Both the position numbers and the translations under genes were made by a program. From assembly GCA_049323935.1 (NCBI GenBank), contig JBMONN010000022.1, forward strand, positions 29,890-93,889: DNA of 64,000 bases. The letters run 5' to 3'. Positions 33,283 through 42,926 of the stretch are shown here, piece after piece. The first letter of the stretch is position 1. Each line of letters begins with the position of its first letter. The DNA comes from Thermodesulfobacteriota bacterium. GTDB taxonomy: Bacteria; Desulfobacterota; Desulfobulbia; Desulfobulbales; SURF-16. The notes beneath the pieces were generated by a model. It saw nothing but the letters and a program-made list of their open reading frames with translations. It did not search any database and was not told the DNA's origin.

Positions 33283-35268
33283 TTACTCGACAAAGCGCGC
33301 CTCGATTTCCTCGACCTTTCCCTGCTGCTCCTCCCATTGCTGGTAAAGGCGTTGTAATTTGCGCTCCGCCGAGCCGTAGGCCCGGCTCTTTTCCCCGAAA
33401 CGTTCCTGATCTTTGTACAGTTCCGGATCGGCAAGCTGCGCCTCCAGCTCTGCCTTGCTCTTTTCCAGCCGACCGATCTCTTCCTCCATCTCCCTGATTC
33501 TTTGCTGGAGAGGTTTGAGCAAAACGCCTTTTTCCTGGCGAAGGCGCGCCTGTTCCTGTCGCGCCTTTTTCCCGCGGCCGGCGGCGGCCGAAGTCGAATC
33601 GGCTCTTTCAATTTTGTCAGGATTCGGCGGCGGTGCGGCCGGGGCAGCGGATCGTTCCCGCTGAGCCGCGGTTTTTTCCAGATAATAGTGGATATTGCCG
33701 TCAAACAGAGTGGCGCGGCCGTTTCTGATCTCCAGCACCTTGTTGACAAAGCTGTCGAGAAAATAGCGGTTGTGGCTGACGACGATGATGGTGCCGTCGT
33801 ACTGGGCCATGGCCTCCTGGAGAATTTCCTGGGACATCATGTCGAGGTGGTTGGTCGGTTCGTCCATGATGAGGAGATTGGCCGGGGTGGCGATCATCTT
33901 GGCCAGGGCCAGCCGGCTTTTTTCGCCACCGGACAGCACCTGCACCTTTTTGTCCACCTCGTCGCCGCTGAAAAGAAAGGCGCCGAGTAACGAGCGGGTC
34001 TGGGTGATGGTCTTGTCCGCCTCGACCATGGTCAGGGTCTCCAGCACCGTGTAGTTCGGGGAAAGCTCCTGGGCCTGGTGCTGGCCGAAGTAAGAGAGGG
34101 AGACGTTGTGGCCGAGGCGGATTGTTCCCGCCTCCGGCCGCACCAGGCCGGCGAGAATCTTCACCAGGGTGGATTTGCCGGCGCCGTTGACCCCGACAAT
34201 GGCCATTTTGTCGCCGCGCTGCAGTTCAAAGCTCAGCTGATTAAACACCTTGTTGTCAGCGTAGCTCTTTTGCAGGCCCTCGACGACAATGGCCAGTCGG
34301 CCGCTCGGTGGGGCGGGCGGAAAGCGGAAGGAGATGGCGTGCTCGGTCTTTTCAAGCTCGATGAGCTCCATCTTTTCCAGCTGCTTGATGCGGCTCTGCG
34401 CCTGCTTGGCTTTGGTCGACTTGGAGCGGAAGCGTTCGACGAAGCGTTTGGTCTGCTCGATCAGGGCCTGCTGGTTGTCGTAAGCGGCCCGCTGGATTTC
34501 CAGGCGCAGCTCCTTTTCCGTGACATAGGTTGAGTAGTTGCCCTTATAGACCGTCAGGTTGCCGAGGCTCAGCTCCCAGGTCAGCGAGGTCATGTTGTCG
34601 AGAAAGGCGCGGTCGTGGGAGACGATGATCAATGCCCCCGGATAGGTGGCGAGAAAATCCTCGAGCCAGGTGAGGGATTCGATGTCGAGATGGTTGGTCG
34701 GCTCGTCGAGAAAGAGAAAGCCGGGTGCGGCCAGCAGTTGTTTGGCCAGCATCAGCCGCATGAGCCAGCCGCCGCTGAAGGAGGAACAGGGGCGGGAAAA
34801 ATCCTCTTCCCTGAAGCCGAGACCGGTCAGTACCTTTTCAATGGTCGGTTTGATGCGGAAGATGTCGGAGTGGTCGAGTTCGTGCTGGAGTTCTCCTTGG
34901 CGTTGGAGCAGTTCCTCCAGGGCGTTTTCGTCATCGTGGCATGTTGCGAGCTGTCTGTTCACCTCGTCGAGTTGTCGCTGCTTGGCGAGCAGCCCGGCAA
35001 AGGCGTTTTCCGCCTCGGCAAAGAGGCTGTTTGCCAGGCTGATGCCGGTTATTTCCTGGGGCAGGTAACCGCAGCTGACCTGTTTCGACCAGGTGACCAC
35101 CCCGGGGTCGGAATCGGCAACGCCGGCCATGATCCGTAGCAGGGTCGATTTGCCAGCGCCGTTGACTCCGACCAGGCCGATCCGGTCGCGGTTGTTGATG
35201 CGGGCTGAGATATTTTTGAAGAGATGTTTCGCTCCGTATTGTATGGAGAGATTATTGATGGTAATCAT
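33283..35268 (-). CDS. ABC-F family ATPase
   Basis: Two GVNGAGKST NBDs, DEPTNHLD twice, no TM segments, C-terminal coiled coil. Confidence 0.94.
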   Translation of the reverse strand: MITINNLSIQYGAKHLFKNISARINNRDRIGLVGVNGAGKSTLLRIMAGVADSDPGVVTWSKQVSCGYLPQEITGISLANSLFAEAENAFAGLLAKQRQLDEVNRQLATCHDDENALEELLQRQGELQHELDHSDIFRIKPTIEKVLTGLGFREEDFSRPCSSFSGGWLMRLMLAKQLLAAPGFLFLDEPTNHLDIESLTWLEDFLATYPGALIIVSHDRAFLDNMTSLTWELSLGNLTVYKGNYSTYVTEKELRLEIQRAAYDNQQALIEQTKRFVERFRSKSTKAKQAQSRIKQLEKMELIELEKTEHAISFRFPPAPPSGRLAIVVEGLQKSYADNKVFNQLSFELQRGDKMAIVGVNGAGKSTLVKILAGLVRPEAGTIRLGHNVSLSYFGQHQAQELSPNYTVLETLTMVEADKTITQTRSLLGAFLFSGDEVDKKVQVLSGGEKSRLALAKMIATPANLLIMDEPTNHLDMMSQEILQEAMAQYDGTIIVVSHNRYFLDSFVNKVLEIRNGRATLFDGNIHYYLEKTAAQRERSAAPAAPPPNPDKIERADSTSAAAGRGKKARQEQARLRQEKGVLLKPLQQRIREMEEEIGRLEKSKAELEAQLADPELYKDQERFGEKSRAYGSAERKLQRLYQQWEEQQGKVEEIEARFVE

Positions 35269-35301
35269 AAAAAGATGGAACAATGGAGTAAGGAAAAAAA
35301 A

Positions 35302-35427
35302 TGATGAAATCGTAAAAAATCTTTTTTACCACTGAGAGCACAAAGGACACAGAAAAAAATATTTTGAATTACAATCAGTTGTCTCCGGGTGCTCCGTGGT
35401 TGCTTTTCAGTTTTTGCGAAATCATCA
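35302..35427 (+). repeat. Family-A element, copy 4
   Basis: TGATGAAATCGTAAAAA...TTACAATCAGTTG...TTTTTGCGAAATCATCA. Confidence 0.9.
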
Positions 35428-35618
35428 AAATGAGAAATTGAAAAAATCGGTAACTTTTTTATCCCAGGTCAGCCCTCGACACTTTGTCGGAATCGTAAAA
35501 ATCACGCTTCCGACGGGCAGGGTATGTAGCTCATTGTTTTCACTTTCCCGCCTGCCATGGTTTAGGGATTTTTGCGAAACCATCACACTTTCGTCCAGTC
35601 CAAAGGTGAAAAATTACC

Positions 35619-36461
35619 ATGCACATAGCAGAAATGAGGGAAAAAGGCACTGTTTTTTCAACGGAGTTCAGCGGCTGGGAGGAGAGTCTGCCGCCCCTTC
35701 TCGATGGCAGCGGCCTGGCCGCGGTGCTGGCCCGGCAGCACACCATTCTCATCAAGCCCAATCTGGTCGAGGCCCTTGCCCCGCCCATCACCACCCCGGC
35801 GCCGCTTATCGCCGAGCTGATAAGTTGGCTGCGGCAAAGGGCGGGCCACTGCCGGATCATCATCGCCGAGGGCTGCGGCTCCCACGAATACGACACCGGC
35901 CATGTCTTCGCCGCCCTCGGCTACACCCGACTCGCCCGGGAAAAGAAGGTGGAACTCATTGATCTCAATCAGGAAAAAAGCGTGCTGCTGGCCAATCCCG
36001 CCTGCCGCCGTTTCCCGGAGATCTATCTGCCGGCCCTGCTTTTCGAGACCTTTCTCCTCTCGGTGCCGGTGCTCAAGGCGCACAGTCTGGCCGGGGTGAC
36101 GCTGACCATGAAGAACATGATGGGCGCAGCGCCGCCTGAACATTATCAGCAGGGCGGTCACTGGAAAAAGGCCTCCTTCCACCATGACATCCAGCAGGCG
36201 ATTTTCGACCTCAACCGTTACCGCACTCCGGATTTCACCCTCCTTGACGCCACCGTCGGCATGGCGCAAGCCCATCTCTGGGGCCCGGTCTGTTCGCCGT
36301 CGGTCAACCTGCTCTGCGCCGGTCATGATCCGGTGGCCATCGACGCCTGCGGTTGCGGGCTGCTCGGCCGCGATTGGCGGCAAATCGGCCACATCCGCCT
36401 GGCAGACAGCGTGCTCGGCACAGCCGAGTTTGGTGAAAAGCGGATCAGGGCCGCAGGGTGA
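35619..36461 (+). CDS. DUF362 family protein
   Basis: ILIKPNLV, PVLKAH, TLTMKNMMG, DPVAID. Confidence 0.85.
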   Translation: MHIAEMREKGTVFSTEFSGWEESLPPLLDGSGLAAVLARQHTILIKPNLVEALAPPITTPAPLIAELISWLRQRAGHCRIIIAEGCGSHEYDTGHVFAALGYTRLAREKKVELIDLNQEKSVLLANPACRRFPEIYLPALLFETFLLSVPVLKAHSLAGVTLTMKNMMGAAPPEHYQQGGHWKKASFHHDIQQAIFDLNRYRTPDFTLLDATVGMAQAHLWGPVCSPSVNLLCAGHDPVAIDACGCGLLGRDWRQIGHIRLADSVLGTAEFGEKRIRAAG

Positions 36462-37272
36462 CCTTTTTTTTCGGCAGCTCGACCACCTGGCAAATCTGGG
36501 TGGCGATTTCTTCAATGGATTTGCCCGTGGAGGAGATCGCCGGAATGGTGTAGCGGCGGTAAATTTCCTCCGCCTGGTTGATTTCCTGGCGGCAGGTGGC
36601 GATCCGGGCATAGGTGCTGCCTGGGTAGCGCTTTTCCCGGACGCTGCTTAAAAATTCCGGCGAGGTGGTCAGCCCGACAATTTTTTTGGTCACCGCCTTC
36701 AGTGCGCCGGGCAGGCGGTATTGATTGAGGTATTCGCTTGTCAGTGGGAAGTTGGCCGCCTTGTAGCCCATCTGGGTGGCCAGATAGACACTCACCGGCG
36801 TTTTTCCGGCCCGTGAGACGCCCAGCAGGATGATATCCGCCTCGTTGTACTCAGAGGGTTTGGTGCCGTCGTCATGCTCGAGGCAGTAGTGGATCGCATC
36901 GACCCGGCGGCCCATATCGAGATCGTCGGTGTGGTGGCTGAAACCCGGTACCCGCAAGGCTCTGGTTTCCAGCGATCGTTCCAGGTCATCGAGCAGCGAG
37001 CCGAAGATGTCGAAAAATTCCACCTCCGGGTTATCGAAGATCTGGCGGATATCGGCATCCATGATCGAAACAAAGACCAGGGGCCGCCGGCCGCTGGAGC
37101 GCTTGAGGATGGTTTTCAGGATCTCCTTGGCGGTGGAGATGGCCCGGACAAAGGGAAAACTCTCCTCGACAAAGTTGATTTCCGGGAACTGACAGGTCAG
37201 GGCCTGGCCGAGATTGGTAACCAGGATACCGGTACTGTCGGAAATGTAATAAACGTCCTTGGAATTCCACAT
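36445..37272 (-). CDS. ppsR: PEP synthase/PPDK regulatory kinase-pyrophosphorylase (DUF299)
   Basis: ISDSTG, HDDG, GVSRAGKTP, KSIEEIA. Confidence 0.92.
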   Translation of the reverse strand: MWNSKDVYYISDSTGILVTNLGQALTCQFPEINFVEESFPFVRAISTAKEILKTILKRSSGRRPLVFVSIMDADIRQIFDNPEVEFFDIFGSLLDDLERSLETRALRVPGFSHHTDDLDMGRRVDAIHYCLEHDDGTKPSEYNEADIILLGVSRAGKTPVSVYLATQMGYKAANFPLTSEYLNQYRLPGALKAVTKKIVGLTTSPEFLSSVREKRYPGSTYARIATCRQEINQAEEIYRRYTIPAISSTGKSIEEIATQICQVVELPKKKVTLRP

Positions 37273-37289
37273 GGCGGATGGGTCGTCAA

Positions 37290-37979
37290 TCAGCGCGGCG
37301 CAAGCAACATCTGTTGCAGGAACTGGTTGAGGGAGGAACTGCCGGGATGTGCCCGCAGCGCTTCGGTCAGGGTGTCTTTGGCCTTCAGCCAGTCTCCGGT
37401 TTGCAGAAAGGCGCGGGTCAGGCCGAGATAGGCATCGCTGTTGCTGCTGTTGTAACTCAGGGCTTGCCGATAGACGCCGATCGCCTCAGCGGCTCTGCCC
37501 TGTTGCAGGAGCTGACCGCCGTGTCCGAGCAGGGCGGTGAACATCTCGGCACGGAGCCGACCGGAGGCGGGATCGAGATCGAGCCCTTCCCGTAGTTGCG
37601 AAATACCGTCGGCGAAGTTACCCTGACGGATGTTGCCGATAGCGGCGGAGATGAGGGCGTCAAGGAGAATGGCGCCGATTTCTTTCCTGGTCTCACCCGG
37701 CGCCAGTCGGTAAGCGGTGCGTAATGGAGCAAGGGCGCTTCCCCAGCGGCCGAGATTGACATAGGAACGGCCAAGATAGAGATATGCCTCGCCGAATTCC
37801 GGATCAAGTTCGGTGGCCCGGGAAAAGTGGCCGGCCGCCTCCTCGAATTTTCCCTGGTTGAAAAGGGTCATGCCGGCATCGTATTCTCCGGCCGCGCCGC
37901 TCAGCATGGTGGAGAGGCCGGCGCAGCCGCAGAGGGCAAGCAGAAGAATGGACAGCAGGATGAGGTTTTTTATTTTCAT
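37290..37979 (-). CDS. TPR-repeat lipoprotein
   Basis: Lipobox LCGC, repeated AYLxLG TPR helices. Confidence 0.8.
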   Translation of the reverse strand: MKIKNLILLSILLLALCGCAGLSTMLSGAAGEYDAGMTLFNQGKFEEAAGHFSRATELDPEFGEAYLYLGRSYVNLGRWGSALAPLRTAYRLAPGETRKEIGAILLDALISAAIGNIRQGNFADGISQLREGLDLDPASGRLRAEMFTALLGHGGQLLQQGRAAEAIGVYRQALSYNSSNSDAYLGLTRAFLQTGDWLKAKDTLTEALRAHPGSSSLNQFLQQMLLAPR

Positions 37980-38017
37980 GTTATCTTTTGTCGTGTCGAT
38001 CCAATGGGTTGCGGGAA

Positions 38018-38659
38018 TCAGCCGTCAGCCGGCGGCGGGCCGCTCATCCGGGTAAACTGTTCCATGATCCAGCCATACTGGCCGTTGGGCAACTGGACAT
38101 AGTACCAGCCCGGTGAGGTGCCGTAGACGGTCAGCACTGCGCCCCGGTGCAGTTGAAAGACGATGGGGTGGTCACGACCGGGGCCGGAACGGACGTTTAA
38201 TCTGTTGACAACAACATGGACGCTGCTGTAGATCGGAGCTTCCGGTTGTTCATCGACAATGACATCCGGCGGCGGCGCCACCACGAGATAGCCTTGCGGA
38301 ACCTGGCGGTAATAGGTGTTGCCGAAGGTGAAGTAGAGCGCGCCGCCGATGGAGATCCGGCCATGCCCGAGCGGCAGGCTGGCAACGATGGCGCCGATGG
38401 GCGCTGACACCACGACATAGCCTGATGGCCGCGGCTGATAAAAGATGCCGTCGTAAAAATAATACGGACTGCGATGGACGTGAATGACCCGGGCGCCATG
38501 GGGCAGCTTGCCGATGATGTGACCCTGGCGGTAAGGCGAATAATGGTGGCGGCCCCGTTTGCGGTCGGCATGGCTGTCGACCGGCAGGCTCATGGTCAGC
38601 AGCAGAAAAGCGAGCAGGGTCGTGGCGATTTTCCGTATTGTGGCGGCTGTTCCTGGCAT
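38018..38659 (-). CDS. Secreted DUF6515-like protein with C-terminal SH3b domain
   Basis: Signal peptide, two Y-rich LPxG...YxVVxxP repeats, LNVRSGPG...GWI. Confidence 0.78.
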   Translation of the reverse strand: MPGTAATIRKIATTLLAFLLLTMSLPVDSHADRKRGRHHYSPYRQGHIIGKLPHGARVIHVHRSPYYFYDGIFYQPRPSGYVVVSAPIGAIVASLPLGHGRISIGGALYFTFGNTYYRQVPQGYLVVAPPPDVIVDEQPEAPIYSSVHVVVNRLNVRSGPGRDHPIVFQLHRGAVLTVYGTSPGWYYVQLPNGQYGWIMEQFTRMSGPPPADG

Positions 38660-38836
38660 GGTGTCCTCGTTCGTCACAAGGTGTTCGTCGGTGGTTTCCG
38701 CTGTCGCGGGATTGCCGGGTGGTGCAGGGGATGAAGGTAACTTTCTCACTTTCTCTCAAAGACGCCGAATGCACCCAACGGGTTTCATCAAGGTTGACAA
38801 GACGCGGAGTTTCTTCAAGAATACGGTATGCCAGGG

Positions 38837-39292
38837 ATGAATTCAACGACAATTTTTTTTCGTTCTCCCCTTCTGGTGCTGGTCGTCGTCGCCGCCCTGC
38901 TCTTCCCAGGGGCCGTCTCTGCCCGGGAGATCGAGCTGCGACCGGGCGAGTCGTTCCGGGAAGGGGATCTGTCGGTGACCTGCCGGGAGGCGGGTGAGGC
39001 GGGTGAGGCGGCAGGACTCATCGAGATCACGGAGTGCCAGTACTGGGATGATTTTCACAAACGCTGCCTGTTTGAAAAAACGAAATTTATCTTCCGCGGG
39101 TTTGAGTGCATCGAAGAGTGCCAGCACTGGGACTCCTTCAACGGCGTCTGTCATTACCAGACCCGCTGCCGTTTTGTCCCGGAGCAGGGGGCATTTGTCC
39201 GAACCGAGTGCGTCGAATTCGATGATTTCAGCAACAAGTGCCTGCGGACAGGCGAGAAAGTCATCAACGGTTCAGGCCGAAGGCTCCGCTGA
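38837..39292 (+). CDS. Secreted Cys-rich hypothetical protein
   Basis: Signal peptide ending VSA; three C-x2-(W/F)-D-x-F-x3-C repeats. Confidence 0.7.
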   Translation: MNSTTIFFRSPLLVLVVVAALLFPGAVSAREIELRPGESFREGDLSVTCREAGEAGEAAGLIEITECQYWDDFHKRCLFEKTKFIFRGFECIEECQHWDSFNGVCHYQTRCRFVPEQGAFVRTECVEFDDFSNKCLRTGEKVINGSGRRLR

Positions 39293-40252
39293 CCGGCGTT
39301 TTTTCTTTAGTTTCAGGGGGCGAATGACCCGGCGGGGGGTATCGAGGATCTGTCGGTGGGTCTGCTGCAGTATTTCCGCCAGATGAGCCGGCAGAGGGGT
39401 TATTGCCAGGCCCTGCTCGACAACGGTCAGGGCCTCGTTCGTGCGTCCCTGGCATCGCAGCGCTTCGGCCAGATTGTTGAGGGCCGCCGGATTGTCCGGT
39501 TGCTGCTTGAGAAAGTGGCGAAACAAACCTTCCGCCCTGCCATACTCCTTTTTCATCAGCAGGACGTTGCCGAGTCCGAAAAGGGCGGTCGGCTGGTCCG
39601 GCCAGCGGGTCAGGGCGGCCTCATATCCTTTTTCCGCCGCTGCCCATTGTCCCAGACTTTCGAGGGCGGCCACCGCCGTCGTGTAGCGCTCGGCATCGGC
39701 ATCCCCCGGGATCTCGCCTGGTCTGAGCACCACCACTCCCCATGACCCTGCCCTGGACCATGAGCGGGCAAAGCGGGTTCCGTTCATGAGCAGCCGTTTT
39801 TCGGTGCCGGAGCGGAGCACCACCTGTCCGTCCGGCCGCATTCCGATCAGCACCGCATAGTGATATTGCCTGAAAAGCCCGGCGCCGAGATCCTGCAAGA
39901 CCAGAACAGGCCGGCCCTCTTCGAGTTGGGCGGCCAGGGCGGCCACGGTCGGGTCGATGACATAGGGGAGGCGGGAATGTCGTCGCACCGCACCGACCAG
40001 TTCGAGCTGCAGGGTGCCCTGCCGGCCGGGCAGAAAGATCTGTGGCGCCAATCGGGCCGGGTCGGTTGCCACGCCGGCGGCCTGCAGCACCATGGCCAGG
40101 GCCGCCGGGCCGCATTGCATCTCCTTCTGGGCATGGAAAGGGGTATCGACAAGCTCGACACCCCCGGTCGGAAGCTTTTGGAAAACCGGCAGATGCGGGG
40201 CACAGCCGCCAAGCAGCAGCAGGCAGCAGGCCAGCCGGCAGAGAAGAGACAC
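39272..40252 (-). CDS. PA2778-like C39-type cysteine peptidase lipoprotein with TPRs
   Basis: Lipobox LGGC, QCGPAALA, HYAVLIG, C-terminal TPRs. Confidence 0.85.
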   Translation of the reverse strand: MSLLCRLACCLLLLGGCAPHLPVFQKLPTGGVELVDTPFHAQKEMQCGPAALAMVLQAAGVATDPARLAPQIFLPGRQGTLQLELVGAVRRHSRLPYVIDPTVAALAAQLEEGRPVLVLQDLGAGLFRQYHYAVLIGMRPDGQVVLRSGTEKRLLMNGTRFARSWSRAGSWGVVVLRPGEIPGDADAERYTTAVAALESLGQWAAAEKGYEAALTRWPDQPTALFGLGNVLLMKKEYGRAEGLFRHFLKQQPDNPAALNNLAEALRCQGRTNEALTVVEQGLAITPLPAHLAEILQQTHRQILDTPRRVIRPLKLKKKRRSAEPSA

Positions 40253-40265
40253 CTGATTGCTGGAA

Positions 40266-40646
40266 TCAGAGTTTGTTGAAGACGTTGATCACCCCGACGA
40301 TTTCCAGGATCAGCAGGACCAGGAAGACGACGCCGATCACGGCAAAGACATTGCCACCGGCCGGCAGTTCGTTGATCCGGCTCTGCACCTGGCGGAGCTC
40401 TTCGTCGGTCAAAGCGGCGATGCGGCTGTCAACCTGCCCTGGATCGACTCCCCTGGCCAGCAGTTCATCGCGGACGTCCTGGCGGGTGAGGGCGGCCTGC
40501 AACTCGGATTTCAGCGTCTGTTCCGGGCTTTGCGTCAGGACCTCGGTTCCCACCATGGCCGCCTTGGCGCCGGGCACCCAGATCGAGACCAGAAAAAAGA
40601 CAATGAGCAGGGGTTTGATGATGCGCTGCAACAGGGATGTGTTCAT
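40266..40646 (-). CDS. PA2779-like protein
   Basis: Signal peptide ending AKA, RIAALTDEEL, LPAGG then a hydrophobic C-terminal helix; AGGAGG RBS. Confidence 0.85.
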   Translation of the reverse strand: MNTSLLQRIIKPLLIVFFLVSIWVPGAKAAMVGTEVLTQSPEQTLKSELQAALTRQDVRDELLARGVDPGQVDSRIAALTDEELRQVQSRINELPAGGNVFAVIGVVFLVLLILEIVGVINVFNKL

Positions 40647-40673
40647 TTCTCCTCCTTTAGACATCTTCATTGA

Positions 40674-40858
40674 AGAGCCTATCCACAAATAAATCTTTGG
40701 TGCTCGCATCCGGCTTTAGGCAGCCTTTGCCCGTTACTCAATCGCAAAATCCTCGCCGTAGCGCTCTGCTACGCCTGCGGTTTTTACTCAATCGTCCCGG
40801 TCAAATCCGTCTCAAAATCCGGCGCAATCCCTGAAAAGATAATTTATGGATAAGCTCT
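40674..40858. mobile_element. Family-B MITE-like element, 185 bp
   Basis: 17-bp TIR AGAGCCTATCCACAAAT / ATTTATGGATAAGCTCT (2 mismatches); central CGTAGC-N5-GCTACG hairpin flanked by the direct repeat TTACTCAATCG. Confidence 0.7.
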
Positions 40859-40960
40859 AAGTGCGACTGTATGCAAACTGCGACATAATTATCCTGAATT
40901 GTTCATTATTTTTTTGCATACGTTTCATAACTTTTGCCGCTTCGTCTTGTCAAGCAGAAT

Positions 40961-41090
40961 TGATGAAATCGTAAAAGGTCTTTTTCACACAGAAGGGACA
41001 GGGAGAACAGAAAAAACTCTTTAAATTACGACTAGTTATCTCTTGTTTTTCTGTGGTTGCTTTGACTTGCGGGTTTTTGCGCGACCGGCA
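40961..41090 (+). repeat. Family-A element, copy 5 (diverged)
   Basis: TGATGAAATCGTAAAAGGTC...TTACGACTAGTTA...CTGTGGTTG. Confidence 0.8.
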
Positions 41091-41132
41091 TATTCGCCAA
41101 CCAACGAACGGACCGGCAGAAAAATCCTATTT

Positions 41133-41879
41133 TCAGCCGATGGTGTCGATGGCGGCGAATTCCGGTTCATGCAGCGGCAGCAGGATGTCGGCCAGGTCAC
41201 GAACCCTGAGCATCAGGTCATAGGCGGTATAGGTGTTGACGCTGGTGCCGGGCGGGATCACCTCGAGCTCCATGGCCCGCACCGCGGCCGGCGGTTCGAA
41301 GTTCTCCCGGATGACGCAGAAGCCGGTGATGGCGGCCCTGCCCCTGGCCGTGTTGACCAGCACCGTCAACCCCCCGGGGGTATGGGCCGGGGTATGGATG
41401 ACCGCTATGCCCGGCACGATCTCCCGATCGGTTGCCACCGCTTCGATCTGGCCGTTCTGCTCGATTTCGTATATGTAATCCTCCACATAGCGGTAATCGA
41501 GGGGGTGCGGATCATGGATGGCGGCAAGTTCCAACTCGTGGATATAAAAGCGGGCGTTGCCGCACTGGTAGTCGTTTTCACAGTGGTCGGCATGGAGATG
41601 GGTGTGGATGACGATGTCGATGTCCGCCGGGGTCAGTCCCCAGCGGGCCAGACCCTCGGCAAAGGTGTAAATGGGGCCGCCGATGTTTTTGGCCCGATCC
41701 TCGGACTGGATGGGGCGCATCTCGCCGGTATCCACCAGAATTTTTTTGTCGCCGCCCTCCAGGTACCAGCAGTAGATCGGGATGGTATAGGGTTTGCCGT
41801 AGTCGTGCTGGTAGGTCATCATGCCCTTGTCAAAGACCTTGGTTCCCATAACTATTGGATGGATCTTAAAGGTGCTCAT
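41133..41879 (-). CDS. Metallo-beta-lactamase-fold hydrolase, AHL-lactonase-like
   Basis: LVDTG, THLHADH, HTPAHTPG, PLHE. Confidence 0.85.
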   Translation of the reverse strand: MSTFKIHPIVMGTKVFDKGMMTYQHDYGKPYTIPIYCWYLEGGDKKILVDTGEMRPIQSEDRAKNIGGPIYTFAEGLARWGLTPADIDIVIHTHLHADHCENDYQCGNARFYIHELELAAIHDPHPLDYRYVEDYIYEIEQNGQIEAVATDREIVPGIAVIHTPAHTPGGLTVLVNTARGRAAITGFCVIRENFEPPAAVRAMELEVIPPGTSVNTYTAYDLMLRVRDLADILLPLHEPEFAAIDTIG

Positions 41880-42637
41880 GCGTGTTTCTCTTGCAGGGTG
41901 ACAAAGAGGCGCATGGCTACGCGATTCATTGCCTCGTCGGCGCTGATGATCGCCTGGCCGTCGCGCTCCGCCTTTCTGATGGCTGCCGAATCGGGGAAAA
42001 AGGCCAGGGGTTCGACGCCAAGGGCCTGGCGGAGAAATCGTTCGTCATCGGCATCGCTGATAAGATTGCCGACAAAGTGGATTTTGGCGATGCCGGCCTC
42101 GCTGGCCAGATGGTGGATTTTTTCCGCGGTGCGGACGCTGGACTGGGTGGGGATGACGACGATGAGGAGGGCGTCGGCCTTGGCGATGGTGCCGCGGCCG
42201 AGATGTTCGACCCCGGCCTCCATGTCGAGCAGCACGGTTTGTGACGGGGAGAGCATGAGTCGGGTCAGCAGGCGCTTGAGCACCGTGTTTTCCGGGCAGG
42301 CGCAGCCTCCTTCCGCGGTCTGGATGGCACCCAGCACCATCAGTTTGATGCCGTCCTTTTCCAGCATGTAGCGGGTCGGCAGGTCATCGATTTTCGGATT
42401 GATGTTGTAAAAGGGCGACCCTTCCACCTTGCCGGACCGTTCGGTCAGCATCTTTTTCATTTCGGCGATGGGGGTGATATCGCCAATGTTGTCGATCCCC
42501 AGGGTCTGGGCCATATGCGGGCTGGGATCGGCGTCGATGACCAGCACCTCTTCTCCGGCTTCGCGGGCCTGCCGGGCCAGCAGGGCCATAATCGTCGTCT
42601 TGCCCACGCCGCCCTTGCCGCTGATCGCTATTTTCAT
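41876..42637 (-). CDS. cooC: CooC/AcsF-type nickel-insertion ATPase
   Basis: GKGGVGKT, DADP, GGCACPEN, DMEAGVEHLGRG. Confidence 0.88.
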   Translation of the reverse strand: MKIAISGKGGVGKTTIMALLARQAREAGEEVLVIDADPSPHMAQTLGIDNIGDITPIAEMKKMLTERSGKVEGSPFYNINPKIDDLPTRYMLEKDGIKLMVLGAIQTAEGGCACPENTVLKRLLTRLMLSPSQTVLLDMEAGVEHLGRGTIAKADALLIVVIPTQSSVRTAEKIHHLASEAGIAKIHFVGNLISDADDERFLRQALGVEPLAFFPDSAAIRKAERDGQAIISADEAMNRVAMRLFVTLQEKHA

Positions 42638-42926
42638 TATACTGTTCCTTTTTTCATAGCTGTCCGGCCCGTTGCCGCCAACCGCCGCCGCTGTGGCGGG
42701 CCGGTGATCGGCCTGCGGAGGGGCGGGCGCGGGATTATCCTGTTTGCAGAACAGGAAGAACCTGGTAGCATTATCAGCACCTTGCCAAAGAGGCTGACGC
42801 GGCCCAGAGAGCCACCGCGCAATCTGCGCCGGCCCGGCAAGAGCCGGACAAAAGACTGTTCTTCTGTTGCCTGATCGGCATCAGCCAGTGACTATACCTG
42901 ATCACCCCGGTGAAAGCAAAAAAACT

